Shown here: positions 24,652 to 37,648 of the stretch, in pieces | Layout of the letters: each line of letters begins with the position of its first letter | Numbering within the stretch: position 1 is the stretch's first letter | From: Selaginella moellendorffii | Taxonomy: Eukaryota; Plantae; Lycopodiophyta | Direction: 5' to 3' | NCBI RefSeq assembly: GCF_000143415.4 | Contig: NW_003314292.1 | Location: 868,444 to 932,443, forward strand | Length of the DNA stretch: 64,000 nucleotides | The notes under the pieces: model-generated | Told to the model about the DNA's origin: nothing | The model's database searches: none | What the model saw: only the letters and a program-made list of their open reading frames with translations | Translations under genes and position numbers: made by a program

Positions 24652-24990
24652 TCAAGGATGCGCTTGGCTTCTCTGGATACAATCGAAGTGCCCAGGGAGA
24701 CGAATTTTACACTTACTGGAGTATGCCTTGATCACTCTATTAGCATTCTTCCCTTTGGTAGCAACCAGCATGCTACACAGGCAATCCAAGCTGAGGAGCT
24801 TGACGGCCTTGCAGCACGATGCGTCTGGGCTGTTCTTCACGGATCCAAACTGGACACAAGGAGCACACGTATCGAAGACTTGTGCGCGATTACACCTCAT
24901 GGAATGTGCTCCTGGCGTGGATATGATCAACAAGATCATCACAAGCACCAGGGGGATAAACTTCGCGAAAGAAAGATGGCCTTTTTCCAT
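24652..24990 (-). CDS. nsLTP-like secreted protein, paralog LTP2, 112 aa, intronless
   Basis: Signal peptide MEKGHLSFAKFIPLVLVMILLIISTPGAHS; same Cys spacing as LTP1, including the extra CxxC cysteine. Confidence 0.85.
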   Translation of the reverse strand: MEKGHLSFAKFIPLVLVMILLIISTPGAHSMRCNRAQVFDTCAPCVQFGSVKNSPDASCCKAVKLLSLDCLCSMLVATKGKNANRVIKAYSSKCKIRLPGHFDCIQRSQAHP

Positions 24991-25339
24991 TTTGGAAGCT
25001 AGAATCACACTTTCTCACTACTGCTGCGATCTCGATTCTTTTTCTTATAAAGCTAGGGATGGATGTTTGCTTCGTGCTGCCGCAATGATTCAGCTTTACA
25101 CGATCAACATAAACGCGTCGTGAATCGATCACTTCAAGAACACTTCAAGCAAAGCAGTGCTGTCATGAGCTCGCTACGAGCTAGCAAATTAGAAATCAGC
25201 TGGTAGCTACATGGAAGCTCGGGGTTGGGGATACTCCCAAATAACTTACCTTGTCCAACACTTGTCCACCCGTTATCTTGATAACAAAAATCTTTCATTT
25301 TATTGAGTCATGCCTTTTATATCAATAAAAGCAATAACA

Positions 25340-25921
25340 TCAATAGAGTGAGGTTGTGAAGGAGACGGTTTGAAGAGGGCTTCCACAATGGTATTGCTGA
25401 ATGATATCAGCCAGTGAGTTGACAAGTCGACTATCCATGGGCTTCACCAAGGGATTCCTCTGTGGTACAAGCACGAAATCATACGTGTGGTTCCTTGCAT
25501 TGAATGGATTTGGGTATGGAATGTTCTTGCTGGTGTTGGAAGGAGATACATAAGGCTCCAAAATGCTGCCCTTCACAGCTCCTGTACCAAGCCACCATGA
25601 TTTGTAAAGTTTTGTAAACCAAAATATATATTACTTACCAGTGCTGCCGGCTGGAATGTTTGCAACCCAAAAGTTGATGTAGGGGTAAACTTTATTTGAC
25701 GCTACCAATGCCTTTTGATCTGCCATGACCACCGAGAAGAGACGAGTAGTGCCATTCTTCCCAAATCCTTCAATGTCAACTGTAGGGGCAGAATCGGTGC
25801 TGCTCAATGAGACGAAGTTGCCATTCCCGACTGTGGTGGAACCATATTGTACAAGCAAACCCACACTAACTTGAACCAGAAAGAAGCAGAGAACGAAGCA
25901 AAACACCACTGAAATTGCCAT
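25340..25921 (-). CDS. Secreted divergent PEBP-family protein, copy D; exons 25921-25639, 25581-25340
   Basis: Intact frame, near-identical to copies A-C. Confidence 0.8.
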
Positions 25922-26158
25922 TAAAAAATGGATTGATGGATTGATGTTTTATTTCTTTGATATTTATACAAAAGGCCATAGTTAATTCCGTCCATGCCTT
26001 TGATAAATTGTGCAAGTTTTCTAAAAATCTAGTGAACCAAATGGTCCTAAGTTTATAATAAGAATGGTATAGGTTGAAATTAGAAAACACCAAGAACAAA
26101 CTTGCATATAAATATATAACTAGAAAGTATTTGCATATAAATACGTACATAACTTCCT

Positions 26159-26500
26159 GATGACTTCACCTGCAAAGAACTAGTGACTACAAACACTTTG
26201 ATCATTGAACGTACATTGATTATCCTCTGGGAGTACTACTTGACAAGACTCCACATATCTCTTCATTGTTTCTTTTGCAAACAAGAGAAGAAACAATGAG
26301 TGAACACAAGCGATTGGGGCCTAGAACATTCACTGCTTTGTAACAATTTACGTCTGGATGCTCAAGAACAGTGCCAGATGCCACACACGGGACGCATTCT
26401 TTGAGAAGATGAGCTCGATTGCACTGAGAAGTCCCATAATTGGGGAAATGGCCAATTGAACCAAGCTGAGGACAAGAAGCTGTAGTGCTTTAGAATCCAT
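26159..26500 (-). pseudogene. LTP1 copy D pseudogene
   Basis: 1-nt deletion in the signal-peptide region (TTG GTT CAA versus TTG GTT TCA); further deletions in the CDS and intron. Confidence 0.8.
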
Positions 26501-26909
26501 TAGAGGCAACTCCATAGGTAGCAGCAAGGAAGCCTAATTCTTAGCTAACAAGTAAAAACATGTGAGTTGGATTGACAAAACGAGCTACATTGTGAACAAA
26601 GTAATGGACTTTTATCGCATATGAAGAATTTAAGCATACAAGGGAAATATTTTACTAGGGCCAGTAAGAAACAAGATCCTTACTTGCTTAGTCGAAGAAC
26701 TGTACATTGCCTGCTCAAACCCAGCTTTGCATATAGTCTTTTGCCTATTAGCCAAATTGTGAAGGAAAATTAACAATCAGAGTCTCTTCCCCCATGACAA
26801 TAGCTCAGCAGATAGATATTCACACATTAATGGTGTTAAGCATTATGTCATTTTCACCATCAAGCATTCCAGTGGCAAGCTCAAATGGTTGGGTGTTGTG
26901 GAGGTATAT

Positions 26910-29900
26910 AGATACAGCAAGTATATATAATGCTAAGAATTAGTAGTTGATCATTAGGGAACAAATAATTAACATTTATTATGCCTAACCATATACCAAA
27001 TGTAGTCTCCCGACAGGATTGTGTGAATACTTTTACTATCAGTGAAAACATTGATTGGTTGCTCAATGTCTTGCCACAAAACAAAATTAAAACTAAAATC
27101 AAATCCTCAAATTCAAAGAACTTACAAAAGCTAGTATATATAAAATAGTGTCTTCAACTGATTCAATCTTCCTCTTTTTACTATTTGTATCACCAATAGT
27201 AATCCACTTATATTGCTTTATAATTATTGCAGAAACACTGTTGGAAATGTATTAGTATTAGCAATCTACTATGATTTGTTGTGAATTATCACAAAACTTA
27301 CTTCTACCCATGAGACTTGAGCTAGTTGATTAATTTGTCTCCCCTGGATCAGTATGTCATCATAATCATGCTAAGATCAATTGCATGTTGGACACCTTTA
27401 AAAAAAAGAAAAGGAGACTTTAGAAAAAATAAAATAAAAGTGCATACCTCATCCTCCTTCTTCTAAGTGTAACCTAAGCTATAAAATGTGGCCATTTACA
27501 ATGTTACACCATAATATTTACCTCCAACAAGAATTGTGATGTGCTACACTTCACCATGAAAAACTCAATAGTAACTTGATCTAGTTATTGCTACTTTAGT
27601 GCCCCAAAGATGGGAAGTAGAAAACTTAAATATGTGTGGCTGAAGAAGAAGAATAAATTGAATCCTAGAATGCAAAAAACCCTAAATTTGTTTTTGAGGG
27701 AAGTTTCTCAAATACATTTGAAGTTTCCCACCCATGAAGCTAAAGTTTCCTTTCAAGAGGCATATATTCCTGTTGGGAAGTATAAAACAAATATTTCCTG
27801 TTAGGAAGATATTTTTCCCATTAGGAGATTTTTTTATCGGGAAAATGTGTATCTATTAGAGTATATTAATTGTTTATATAAATAAGGTTTGAAAATTTTT
27901 CTTTCTTTATATTTTATAACTACTATGGTAAATCACTTTGTTAGATATAAGGACTTAATAGTTCTCACATCTACATTGTTCAAATACAAAAAAGAACATG
28001 CTAGAGATTGCAAAGAAAGGCTAAGATACTTAACAGCCAATTTAGTAGTTCACTCTTATGAATGTGTTATCGAAGAGTCAGGATGAAACAAAAGAAATAA
28101 TGTTGGGTGCAAATAATATTTATAATTTAGTCAAAAACAATAATCTTGAAGAACATTTAGGCCCATCAGGAAACATATCTTTTCCAATCTAAATTAGATG
28201 AAGAAATAACAAACTTGCAAAGTCAATTAAGATTAAATTGTTATAAAAATATAACTTTATCTTACCTTTTACAATATATTATCTTTATAGGTGTATAGTA
28301 AATGCCCTTATGACCTTGAGGTTCACTTGGGCATTCATGAAAAAAGTTTATGCTAAAGTTGTTCACGAGAGGAAGGTTGATTATAAAATTCTAAAAGCAT
28401 GGACCATTATTCCTGTTAATTGTAATAGAAAAAGACTTTTGGAAGTGGTTAATGAGGAAAACACGCAATAGAGCTATAATAACAATATTAACTTGAAGTT
28501 AGTCAATAAGGAAAACATGCAATAAAGCCATAATAATAGTGTCGAGTTAGAGTTGGGCAACCTTTCCATCATGTTCATAGTTGATGAGTGTGCCAAAGTT
28601 GTGTAACATCTTTCGAATGGATCTAGCACTTCAACATTAAATCCATATTAACTTTTCTAAAACATTGCAATTGATTCTTCTGAAACACAAAGAAGTAAAG
28701 TTCTTGGACCAAGTGTCAAAGTGATTAAGACGTAGTGTTTTCCAAAAAAAAATTGAAGTGTTATTATCTGCAAAAATTACATACTTTCCTAATATAAGTT
28801 TATTATTCCTACCAAGGAACTTCCTATTGAACTTAGCTCTCATTGGTGTTTCTAATAAGTAACTTTTCATTAGACTTTGTTCCTGACAAATAACTTTCTA
28901 TTAGGTTTTTTTATTAATAATATTTTCATTTGGCAACCTCCCACTGGACTTGTTCCCAATGGTGTTCCTAATGGACCTCATTGCATTAGCAATGCATTTG
29001 AAGCCCACCCGAATAAACAAGGTTTTTTATAAAATTGTTTCATTTTTTAAATAGATCTTCTGTTAGGAATATTTGATGATTAAGGCTATTGTTTAAACCC
29101 ATGTTGCAATTGCTTGAAGAAGCTATGAGGTAAGAGGGAAGGCTCTCAATCTCATCCCTCATATCTACTAATTTAAGAGAAATGAAAAAACCAATTTGAG
29201 AACAACTATAATTTGATTCCAAGGAGTTATATCAATTCTAAACTTTTATAGTATGAGATGATGGAGGAAATTGTGCATGGCCTTAGCTACTCAAGGATGC
29301 ACTTTTATTGAGAGCCACGTAAACACAAATAGTCAAATGTTTACAAATTAAAGGACCCATAGAAGATTTACCAACAATTAAAGAATCAACATGAAAGCAA
29401 ATGAGCTTAGATGGGGCATAAGCTATGGTATAACAATTTTTTAACAGTTGACTTAATGGGCTTCACAACACAATACAATGAAAGCATTGCATTTATTTGA
29501 TCCAAAGTTAATGGAGAAGTAAAAACTTTGTGGCATTTAGATGGTTATTATTGTTTTTTATTGTTGTCACTACTCTTTACTATCTCAAAATATAGGGTAT
29601 ATGAATTTCCAAAATTGTCCACATGATCATCGATAGTAGCATAAGATTAATAGCTAGCCACTACCTTTCAACATTGAAAGTTGATTTAATCATTTGTAAC
29701 ATATACACAGCATGGTATGGCATCTAAAAAACTCCATAGTGACTTTGCAGAAAAGTTCAACCTTATTGAAGTGGATATAAATGAATTCTAAGGAGAGTGA
29801 AGATTCATTTAAAGTAAAAATGTCCATTGTACTAGCGGATTGAGCAACTTTGGAAAAACATCTTTGACAAGGTTGCTATTAATATTTTCATCTTATTTAT

Positions 29901-30465
29901 ATTGTTATATTTAAAAAATTATTTTTAGAATTATTTTTATATAAAAATTTATTCAGCTTGAAAGCTTTCAATAAGTGGTTTTACACACATTCAACCATAA
30001 TGGAATAGAAGGGTGTTCTTGATTGGGGAAGTGATACATATATACAAAGTTTGTATGTTGCATTGTCTTAGACTTAGAAAAGGAGTTTAACATCTTTGTG
30101 GAGTGTCATAACCTCCATAAACTCCATGCTAATAGAAAGTTAATTACTCCTCATTCATCATGGCAATCTAATACAAGTTTCAAACCAACAGAAAATCATT
30201 AATTGATATAAAAATTGTGGCTGACATACTTGTTTCTCACATATTGGTAGCCCTTGAAGCAAACAAGGACATAATGCACTTGGACATAACAAAGATATTT
30301 CCACCAAATGATTTTCCACTCCCATAGGTAATTCAGTTGTCTCACGGACAACTATAGTACTATTGCAGGATTTTTGTTATTTACATGATAAAGCACAGAA
30401 GGATGCTGTGCTAGATGCCATAGGGGAATAAACATGCGAGATTCTACTGAATATTCTCCATTCTA
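26910..30465. other. ~3.55 kb AT-rich insertion of unknown type inside one repeat unit
   Basis: Flanks (gtggaggta.. and ..aagata..caatcccta) are ~40 bp apart in the sister copies at ~19140-19190 and ~34140-34190. Confidence 0.55.
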
Positions 30466-32044
30466 AGATATCAATCCCTAAAGGAAGCCTTTGGAAAAAT
30501 AAAAAACACGCAGATGTGTGCAAAACAAAATCAATATCACTGATGCTGCTTGAGAGTTTTGGCTGGCTGGCGTGTTTGACAGTCGTGAGTGTATTCACCA
30601 AGTCAATCAATACCCAAAGGAAGGAGCATCTTTACATTTGGGAAGACGACATGGATAGTTCCAGGAGTGGAGGGATCGGAGGAACCAGTTCCATATCCAG
30701 GCCCAATCGGCTCTAATATGGACGCAGTGTTCACTGTTTAATCCAGCGCCCTCGAAAAGGTGGAGGTAATCACGCAGTACACCCTAAATAAAATAAGATT
30801 ACGTGTTGGCGAACTCTCATTGGGCTTGGACACCGCTCTGGATCGTTTCGAGTGTGCTCGCAATCTCTTTGGAAGCCAACCGTCCATGTTTGCCATCGGT
30901 GAATCGTCCCGCTTCAGAGGATTGACGAAGAAATCCCGGAAGAATCCTTGGGATCCAACAATGCGAGCTAGGAAGCAGACCGTGATCCAGCAAAAGGAAG
31001 TGCTCATCTCGTCCCTATGGCAAGCTCAGCAGCTCAAGGCTCCGGAGCGCTCGCTCGACTTTGAGCAGCTCAGCGCGAAGTACACGTAGCTCCAGCTGGA
31101 TAACCGTGTGCAACCAGCGAGACGTACTGCTCCAGCAATTCCCAGATCTCCAAGATTAAAGTGAAAGGTCATATCCATTTTATTACAGAAGGGGTAGAGT
31201 TCCAATTCATGTAGATTGTAACCCCTCCAATTCGTGTCTACCATGATGGAGAGAGCTCGTTCATTCTCGTTTCGGGACCCCATACCTGCAGAAAATGTGT
31301 TCGTACAACGTACTTGTACATTTAGTGAATGTGAATGTTGCTGTGTCGGTAGGCTACAGGCCGCTGTACGCCAAAGTTGCTCCCATGCAACACGAGGCAA
31401 AGACGCCACTGGGGGGATTCGACCCCCGACCCAAAGGGAAGGGATCTTGTATGGCTCTAGGCAAATTGAATTACTTCTAGAATAATGAGCTCCATTTCTC
31501 TCACATCATTCCGAATGGCTATTTTTTAGAAACCAGATTCCTAATTTGCAACAAACCTTCCTTAGCATGATGCTTCAAGAGCATCCTCAACGTGAAGTGG
31601 ATGTTATGCTTTATGCTGACAAGCGCCCAATGTCCCTGTTCTTCCTAGACAAAGCTTGTAAAGCGTACATCAAAGGCATCACACATGTATTCTTCGACAA
31701 GAGACGTTCACTCCTGGCGTGGATTTGATCAACAAAGCAGCACCATGGAGAAACTTCATGAAAGAAAGATGGCCTAAATGGAAATTCTACTTAATGACGA
31801 CCAGCTCCAGCAAGTCCCAGAGATTCAACACCAGTTCAAAGCTTCTGATGAGCTCCACTTGCAGATTGCACAATTACAACACATAGAATGCACTCCTGGC
31901 GTGGATCTGATCAACAGGATCATCACAAGCAGCACCATGAGGATAAACTTCGCGAAAGAAAGATGGCCTCTTTCCATAAATGGAAATTCTAGAATCACTC
32001 AATTCATTGAGTCATGCCTCTTAATATCAATAAAAACAATAAGA

Positions 32045-32626
32045 TCAATGGAGTGAGGTCGTGAACGAGACGGTTTGGAGAGGGCTTCCACAGTGGTATT
32101 GCTGGATAATATCAGCCAGTGAGTTGACAAGTCGACTATCCATGGGCTTCACCAAGGGATTCCTCTGTGGTACAAGCACGAAATCATACGTGTGGTTCCT
32201 TGCATTGAATGGATTTGGGTATGGAATGTTCTTGCTGGTGTTGGAAGGAGATACATAAGGCTCCAAAATGCTGCCCTTCACAGCTCCTGTACCAAGCCAC
32301 CATGATTTGTAAAGTTTTGTAAACCAAAATATATATTACTTACCAGTGCTGCCGGCTGGAATGTTTGCAACCCAAAAGTTGATGTAGGGGTAAACTTTAT
32401 TTGACGCTACCAATGCCTTTTGATCTGCCATGACCACCGAGAAGAGACGAGTAGTGCCATTCTTCCCAAATCCTTCAATGTCAACTGTAGGGGCAGAATC
32501 GGTGCTGCTCAATGAGACGAAGTTGCCATTCCCGACTGTGGTGGAACCATATTGTACAAGCAAACCCACACTAACTTGAACCAGAAAGAAGCAGAGAACG
32601 AAGCAAAACACCACTGAAATTGCCAT
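32045..32626 (-). CDS. Secreted divergent PEBP-family protein, copy E; exons 32626-32344, 32286-32045
   Basis: Intact frame, near-identical to copy D. Confidence 0.8.
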
Positions 32627-32863
32627 TAAAAAATGGATTGATGAATTGATGTTTTATTTCTTTGAGATTTATACAAAAGGCCATAGTTAATTCCGTCCAT
32701 GCCTTTGATAAATTGTGCAAGTTTTCTAAAAATCTAGTGAACCAAATGGTCTTAAGTTTATAATAAGAATGGTATAGGTTGAAATTAGAAAACACCAAGA
32801 ACAAACTTGCATATAAATATATAATTAGAAAGTATTTGCATATAAATACATACACAACTTCCC

Positions 32864-33295
32864 TTACATGATGCCTTCACCTGCAAAGAATAATAGCATA
32901 ATAAAATTAGTGACTACAAACACTTTGATCATTGAACTTACATTGATAATCTTCTGGGAGCACTACTCCAACACTGCTTGATTGAGAAGGAAATATCTAA
33001 TTGTAATTGTAAATGTATTAGCAAAAACAGTGACTTCCATTTAACATATCTCTTCATTGTTTCTTTTGCAAAAACACCAGTAGAAGAAGCAATGAGTGAA
33101 CACAAGCAATTGTGGCCTAGAACATTCACTGCTTTGCAACAATTTACATCTGGATTCTCAAGAACAGTGCCAGATGCCACACGGGACGCATTCTTTGAGA
33201 AGATGAGCTCGATCACACTAAGAAGTCCTGCAATTGGGGAAATGGCCAATTGAAACCAAGCTGAGGATAAGAAGCTGTAGTGCTTTAGAATCCAT
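32864..33295 (-). pseudogene. LTP1 copy E pseudogene
   Basis: CAG>TAG nonsense at the first mature residues, a 2-nt deletion, and a ~75-nt foreign insertion at ~32968-33043. Confidence 0.8.
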
Positions 33296-35804
33296 TAGAG
33301 GCAACTCCACAGGTAGCAGCAAGGAAGCCTAGTTCTTAGCTAACAAGTAAAGACATGTGAGCTGGTTTGACAGAACGAGCTACATTGTGATCAAAGTAAT
33401 GGACTTGAAGATTTTAAAAATACAAGCGAAATATTTTACTAGAACCAGTAAGAAACAAGAACCTTGTCACTCTCTCTTAGCTTGTTGCAACTTGCCTAGT
33501 CGAAAAACCGTACATTGCCTGCCCAAACCCAGCTTTGCCTATAGTCTTTTGCCTATTATAGCAAACATGGCCGAAGTGCGAAGGAAAATTGACGATCGAA
33601 GTTTCTTTCCCCGTGACCATAGCTCATCAGATAGATAGATATTCACGCGCTTTAAAGAGATGCCACAACGGAGCCTTAGTCAGACACGGTTTCTAAATCA
33701 AGGGATGATCACGATTAAAGGTTTATCGAAACTTCTCCGGTCAAATGAAATCCACGTAACAAGAAACTGCGGACCGCCACCTTTCTTTTTTCTTTTCTAT
33801 CCACTTGCCTGAGGCTGTCTCCAAAAGTACACACATTTGTTGCCAAGTTCTCCTTCCTTATAGTTCCATCATGGAGCAAGAAAGGTATACATACGTTCTT
33901 GAGATCACATATGTATACGTCTATACGCCTTGACGAGAAAATAGCTGATCCATATTTGGACCCTTGAACTGTTGGATCGATTTTTGGAGCACGAAACACA
34001 GTATAGCAAATGTAATGTGGGATCCTCGAGGCCTTTGCTCATATTTGAGGTGCCGAAATCAGACATTGATGGTGTTTAAGCACTATCTCATTTTTGCCAT
34101 CAAGCATTCCAATGGCGAGCTCAAAATGGTTGGGTGCTGTGGAGGTACACAGAAGAAGATATGGTCTCTTTGGTGATAAACAATCCCTAGTGAGAAAGTA
34201 TTTGCATATAAATACATACACACCTGCAAAGATGCAAAACAAAATCAATATCAATCGTGGTGCTTGAGGATTTTATGGCTTTGACAAAGTCGTACCTAGG
34301 GTGAGTTCTATATCCACCAAGTCAATCAAGGAACGGGAAGATGTCAGCAAATCTTTCAATATTTGGGGGATTTTGGGACATGGATAGTTCCAGGAGTAGA
34401 GATTCCACAATCGGCTCTTGGCCGTGTTCACTGTGCAGCCAGATCCTAAGAATTCAGCGCATCCACCTCGAAAAGGAGGAGGTGATCGTACGCAGTCCTG
34501 TACACCCTAAACAAAATAAGATTAAACAACGTGTTGGCGAACTCTTAGCTCGCTGTGCGGCTGCGATGACCAATCTTGGCGAGATCCAGAGCTCCGTTTC
34601 GAGTGTGCTCGCAATCTCTTTGAAAGTCCAACCGTCCAAGTTTGCCATCGGTGAATCGTCTGGCTCGAGGATCAAAGTTCCAAAGGAGCTGGACGATGAA
34701 AGCCCGGAAGAATCCTTGGGATCTAACAACGCGTGCTAGGAAGCAGATCGTGATTCAGCAAAAGGAAGCGCTCATCTCGTCCCTGTAGTTCTTTGAATTT
34801 TCTGGAACAAGTTCTAGAGTTTGTTCTTTGATTTTTGGCAAGCTCAGCAGCTCGAGGCTCCGGAGAGCCCGCTCGACTTTGAGCAGCTCAGCGCGAAGTA
34901 CACGTAGCTCCAGCAGGATCACCACTCCGTGTGCCACCAGCGAGACGTGCTGCTCCAGCAATTCCCGGATCTTCAAGATCAAGGTGAAAGGTCACAGAAG
35001 GGGTAGAGTTCCAATTCATGTCGGTTGTAACCCAATTGATGGAGAGAGCTCGTCTTGTAGTGTATCACCACAAACTTATCCGTAGACTGGAATGTGGAGG
35101 GCGTTCCGAGGCGTTCGTACAACGTATTTGTACATACATTTAGGTTAGGCTACAGTCCCCTCTACGCCAAAGCTGCAAAAAATGCTGCCATGCCGCCACT
35201 CGGGAGATTCGAACCCCCGACCCAAAGGTCCTAGTTGATGGCCTGTATGGCAAACTAATTACTTCTAGAATAATGAGCCCATTTCTCACATCATAGCAAC
35301 GATTCTTATACTACGTTGGAAACTGCAACAGACCCCCTCCTCGGCATGATGTTTCAAGAGCATCCTGAACGTGAAGTGAATGTTATGCTTTATGCTGACA
35401 AGGGCCCAATGTCCTTGTTCTTCCTAGACAAAGCTTGTAAAGCATACATCGAAGGCATTACACATGTAATCTTCGACAAGGGACGTTTATGGAATGCACT
35501 CCTGGCGTGGATGTGATCAACAAAGCAGCACCATGGGGATAAACTCCGCGAAATAAAGATGGCCTAAATGGAAGTCTACTTAACGACTGCAAGTCCCCGA
35601 TCTTCAAGACCAGTTCAGAGCTTCCCACTCGTAGATTGCGCGATTACAACTCATAGAATGAACTCCTGGCGTGGATGTGATCAAGAGGATCATCACAAGC
35701 AGCACCATGAGGATAAACTTTGCGAAAAAAAGATGAAGTTCTAGAATCAATAAGTACTTCCAATTCATTGAGTCATGCCTCTTATATCAATAAAAGCAAT
35801 AACA

Positions 35805-36226
35805 TCAATAGAGTGAGGTCGTGAACGAGACGGTTTGGAGAGGGCTTCCACAGTGGTACTGCTGGATGATATCAGCCAGTGAGTTGACAAGTCGACTATC
35901 CATGGGCTTCACCAAGGGATTCCTCTGTGGTACAAGCACGAAATCATACGTGTGGTTCCTTGCATTGAATGGATTTGGGTATGGAATGTTCTTGCTGGTG
36001 TTGGAAGGAGATACATAAGGCTCCAAAATGCTGCCCTTTACAGCTCCTGTACCAAGCCACCATTATCACATTTGTAAACCAAAACATATAAGTTGAAGTT
36101 ACCTGTGCTGCCCGCTGGGATGTTTGCAATCCAAAAGTTGATGTAAGGGTAAACCTTGTTTTGTGCTGACAATGCCTTTTGATCAGCCATAACCACCGAG
36201 AACAAACTAACAGTGCCATTCTCACC
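35805..36226 (-). pseudogene. 5'-truncated PEBP copy F
   Basis: Exon 2 complete (36046-35805); exon 1 present only from GENGTVSLFSVVMADQKALSAQNKV; no signal peptide or ATG. Confidence 0.75.
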
Positions 36227-36229
36227 ACA

Positions 36230-37585
36230 CGCTTAAGAAGAGAATATCTCATGTGTGCCTTTGTAGAAAACACCTGGTATCTCTTGAGAAAAGCTTGACG
36301 TTCTATAGCAGCACTTACATCCAACGGGGAGTGTCCGATCATCCTCTCAACCAGCTGCATAATCGGCGACCATTCTTGATTAAACAGAATTGCTCGTGGT
36401 TCACTAGAGCTTCCATTAAAAGGCTTTCATCTTCGAGCTGGTATGCATCCTTGCTCAGAAAACAATTTCTTTTCTTTTCTTTTATTACCTTAACTCGGCC
36501 TGATTGAACTACACCGGACTCCAAAAACCGCCTCTGTAGAACTGCCAGACGTAAAGGGAGGGGACTCCAGGCTGTCTGCGGCTGAAAAATGGACGTGAAG
36601 ATCATAAAACTTACTGCGAAGTTTTCTTCTACTCCTGGTTTCCTGATTGGATTGGAGGAAAAGCATACGAATACGCGAAGTTCCCAGGCCGACAGGTCCG
36701 ATGCTGTTCTGAAGTGAAGATAACAAGAATTATGCATGGAGAGAAAACTTGAAAGGCCTTCTTTGTGTTTACTTGGTGTTTGTTCACTGTAGGAATCCGA
36801 ACCGCGAGAAAAATCTTCTATAGAAACAGGTGCTTGCCTTGAGCCAGAAAATCAAAATAAGCAAACGCAGTCACTGCGCAAAGTTAGACCTGTATATGGA
36901 TGATCACGAACAGTCGAAGAAGGTTGCTGCTCATTCCAGGATTGGCTGCAGCGCCATTGTTTTCTTGGAGTTCGGGGCCAGGCAGCTTGTGTAAGCTGCT
37001 CTTCCAAGTAGTACCACGCGGGTGCCTGCAAATATCCTTAACTAGTACTTGAAGAAGAAAACTTTACCTGTTTCCCCGAGGAGGTTTGTGTACTTTATGT
37101 ACCACGCTCTGTCGAGCCTCTTCAAGGTCCTCCAAGAACAGTAACAATTTCCGGGACGAGAAGAAACATCCCCCGACATTCCTTTCGCATTGGAAGAAAA
37201 GAAAATTCAAGGCAAAGACTTGTAATACTTTGAGCTGTGGGGTAGGACGATACTCAATGCCAAAAACTCGTTGAGCATCATCGGTCATGGATAGCTTCAA
37301 GCTTCGACTTCCAATTCCTTCCTGGTAGTGATCCTTGAAAATGTCCACCGCTTCATCTACCTGTGTGCTATGCTTCCATCGATGAAAAGCTATAGAAACC
37401 TTCCACTTACTTGTAGAACATAAGTGCATCGCCTGGACCTCTGGAGCGTCGGAGGAGCTGCGCGAAGCATTTCTCGGCGCGAGAGTCTACCGGTAACTGA
37501 GACGCTCCGATCTGCTCGCACAGGCAAGAAGAGAGCCACTGCGCCTTAGGCGAGAACCGTAAAACCCTACTATGGTTCTAAACAT
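36230..37585 (-). pseudogene. Multi-exon gene or pseudogene of unknown function, 3' end abutting PEBP copy F
   Basis: Exon-like blocks with GT/AG borders (e.g. VDEAVDIFKDHYQEG.., QLVERMIGHSPLDVSAAIERQAFLKRYQ); I could not assemble one consistent frame. Confidence 0.3.
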
Positions 37586-37648
37586 CCCGCCATTTTGCGA
37601 GCTTGAAAGGTTCCAGGAATATGCTTGCCAAGCAGGGTCTAGGGTTTT

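Larger units (their letters stand above)
25180..36226 (-). repeat. Right (inverted) arm of the amplified array: PEBP D, E, F and LTP1 D, E with spacers
   Basis: Reverse-complement copies of the 13-21 kb units in the same internal order. Confidence 0.9.
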
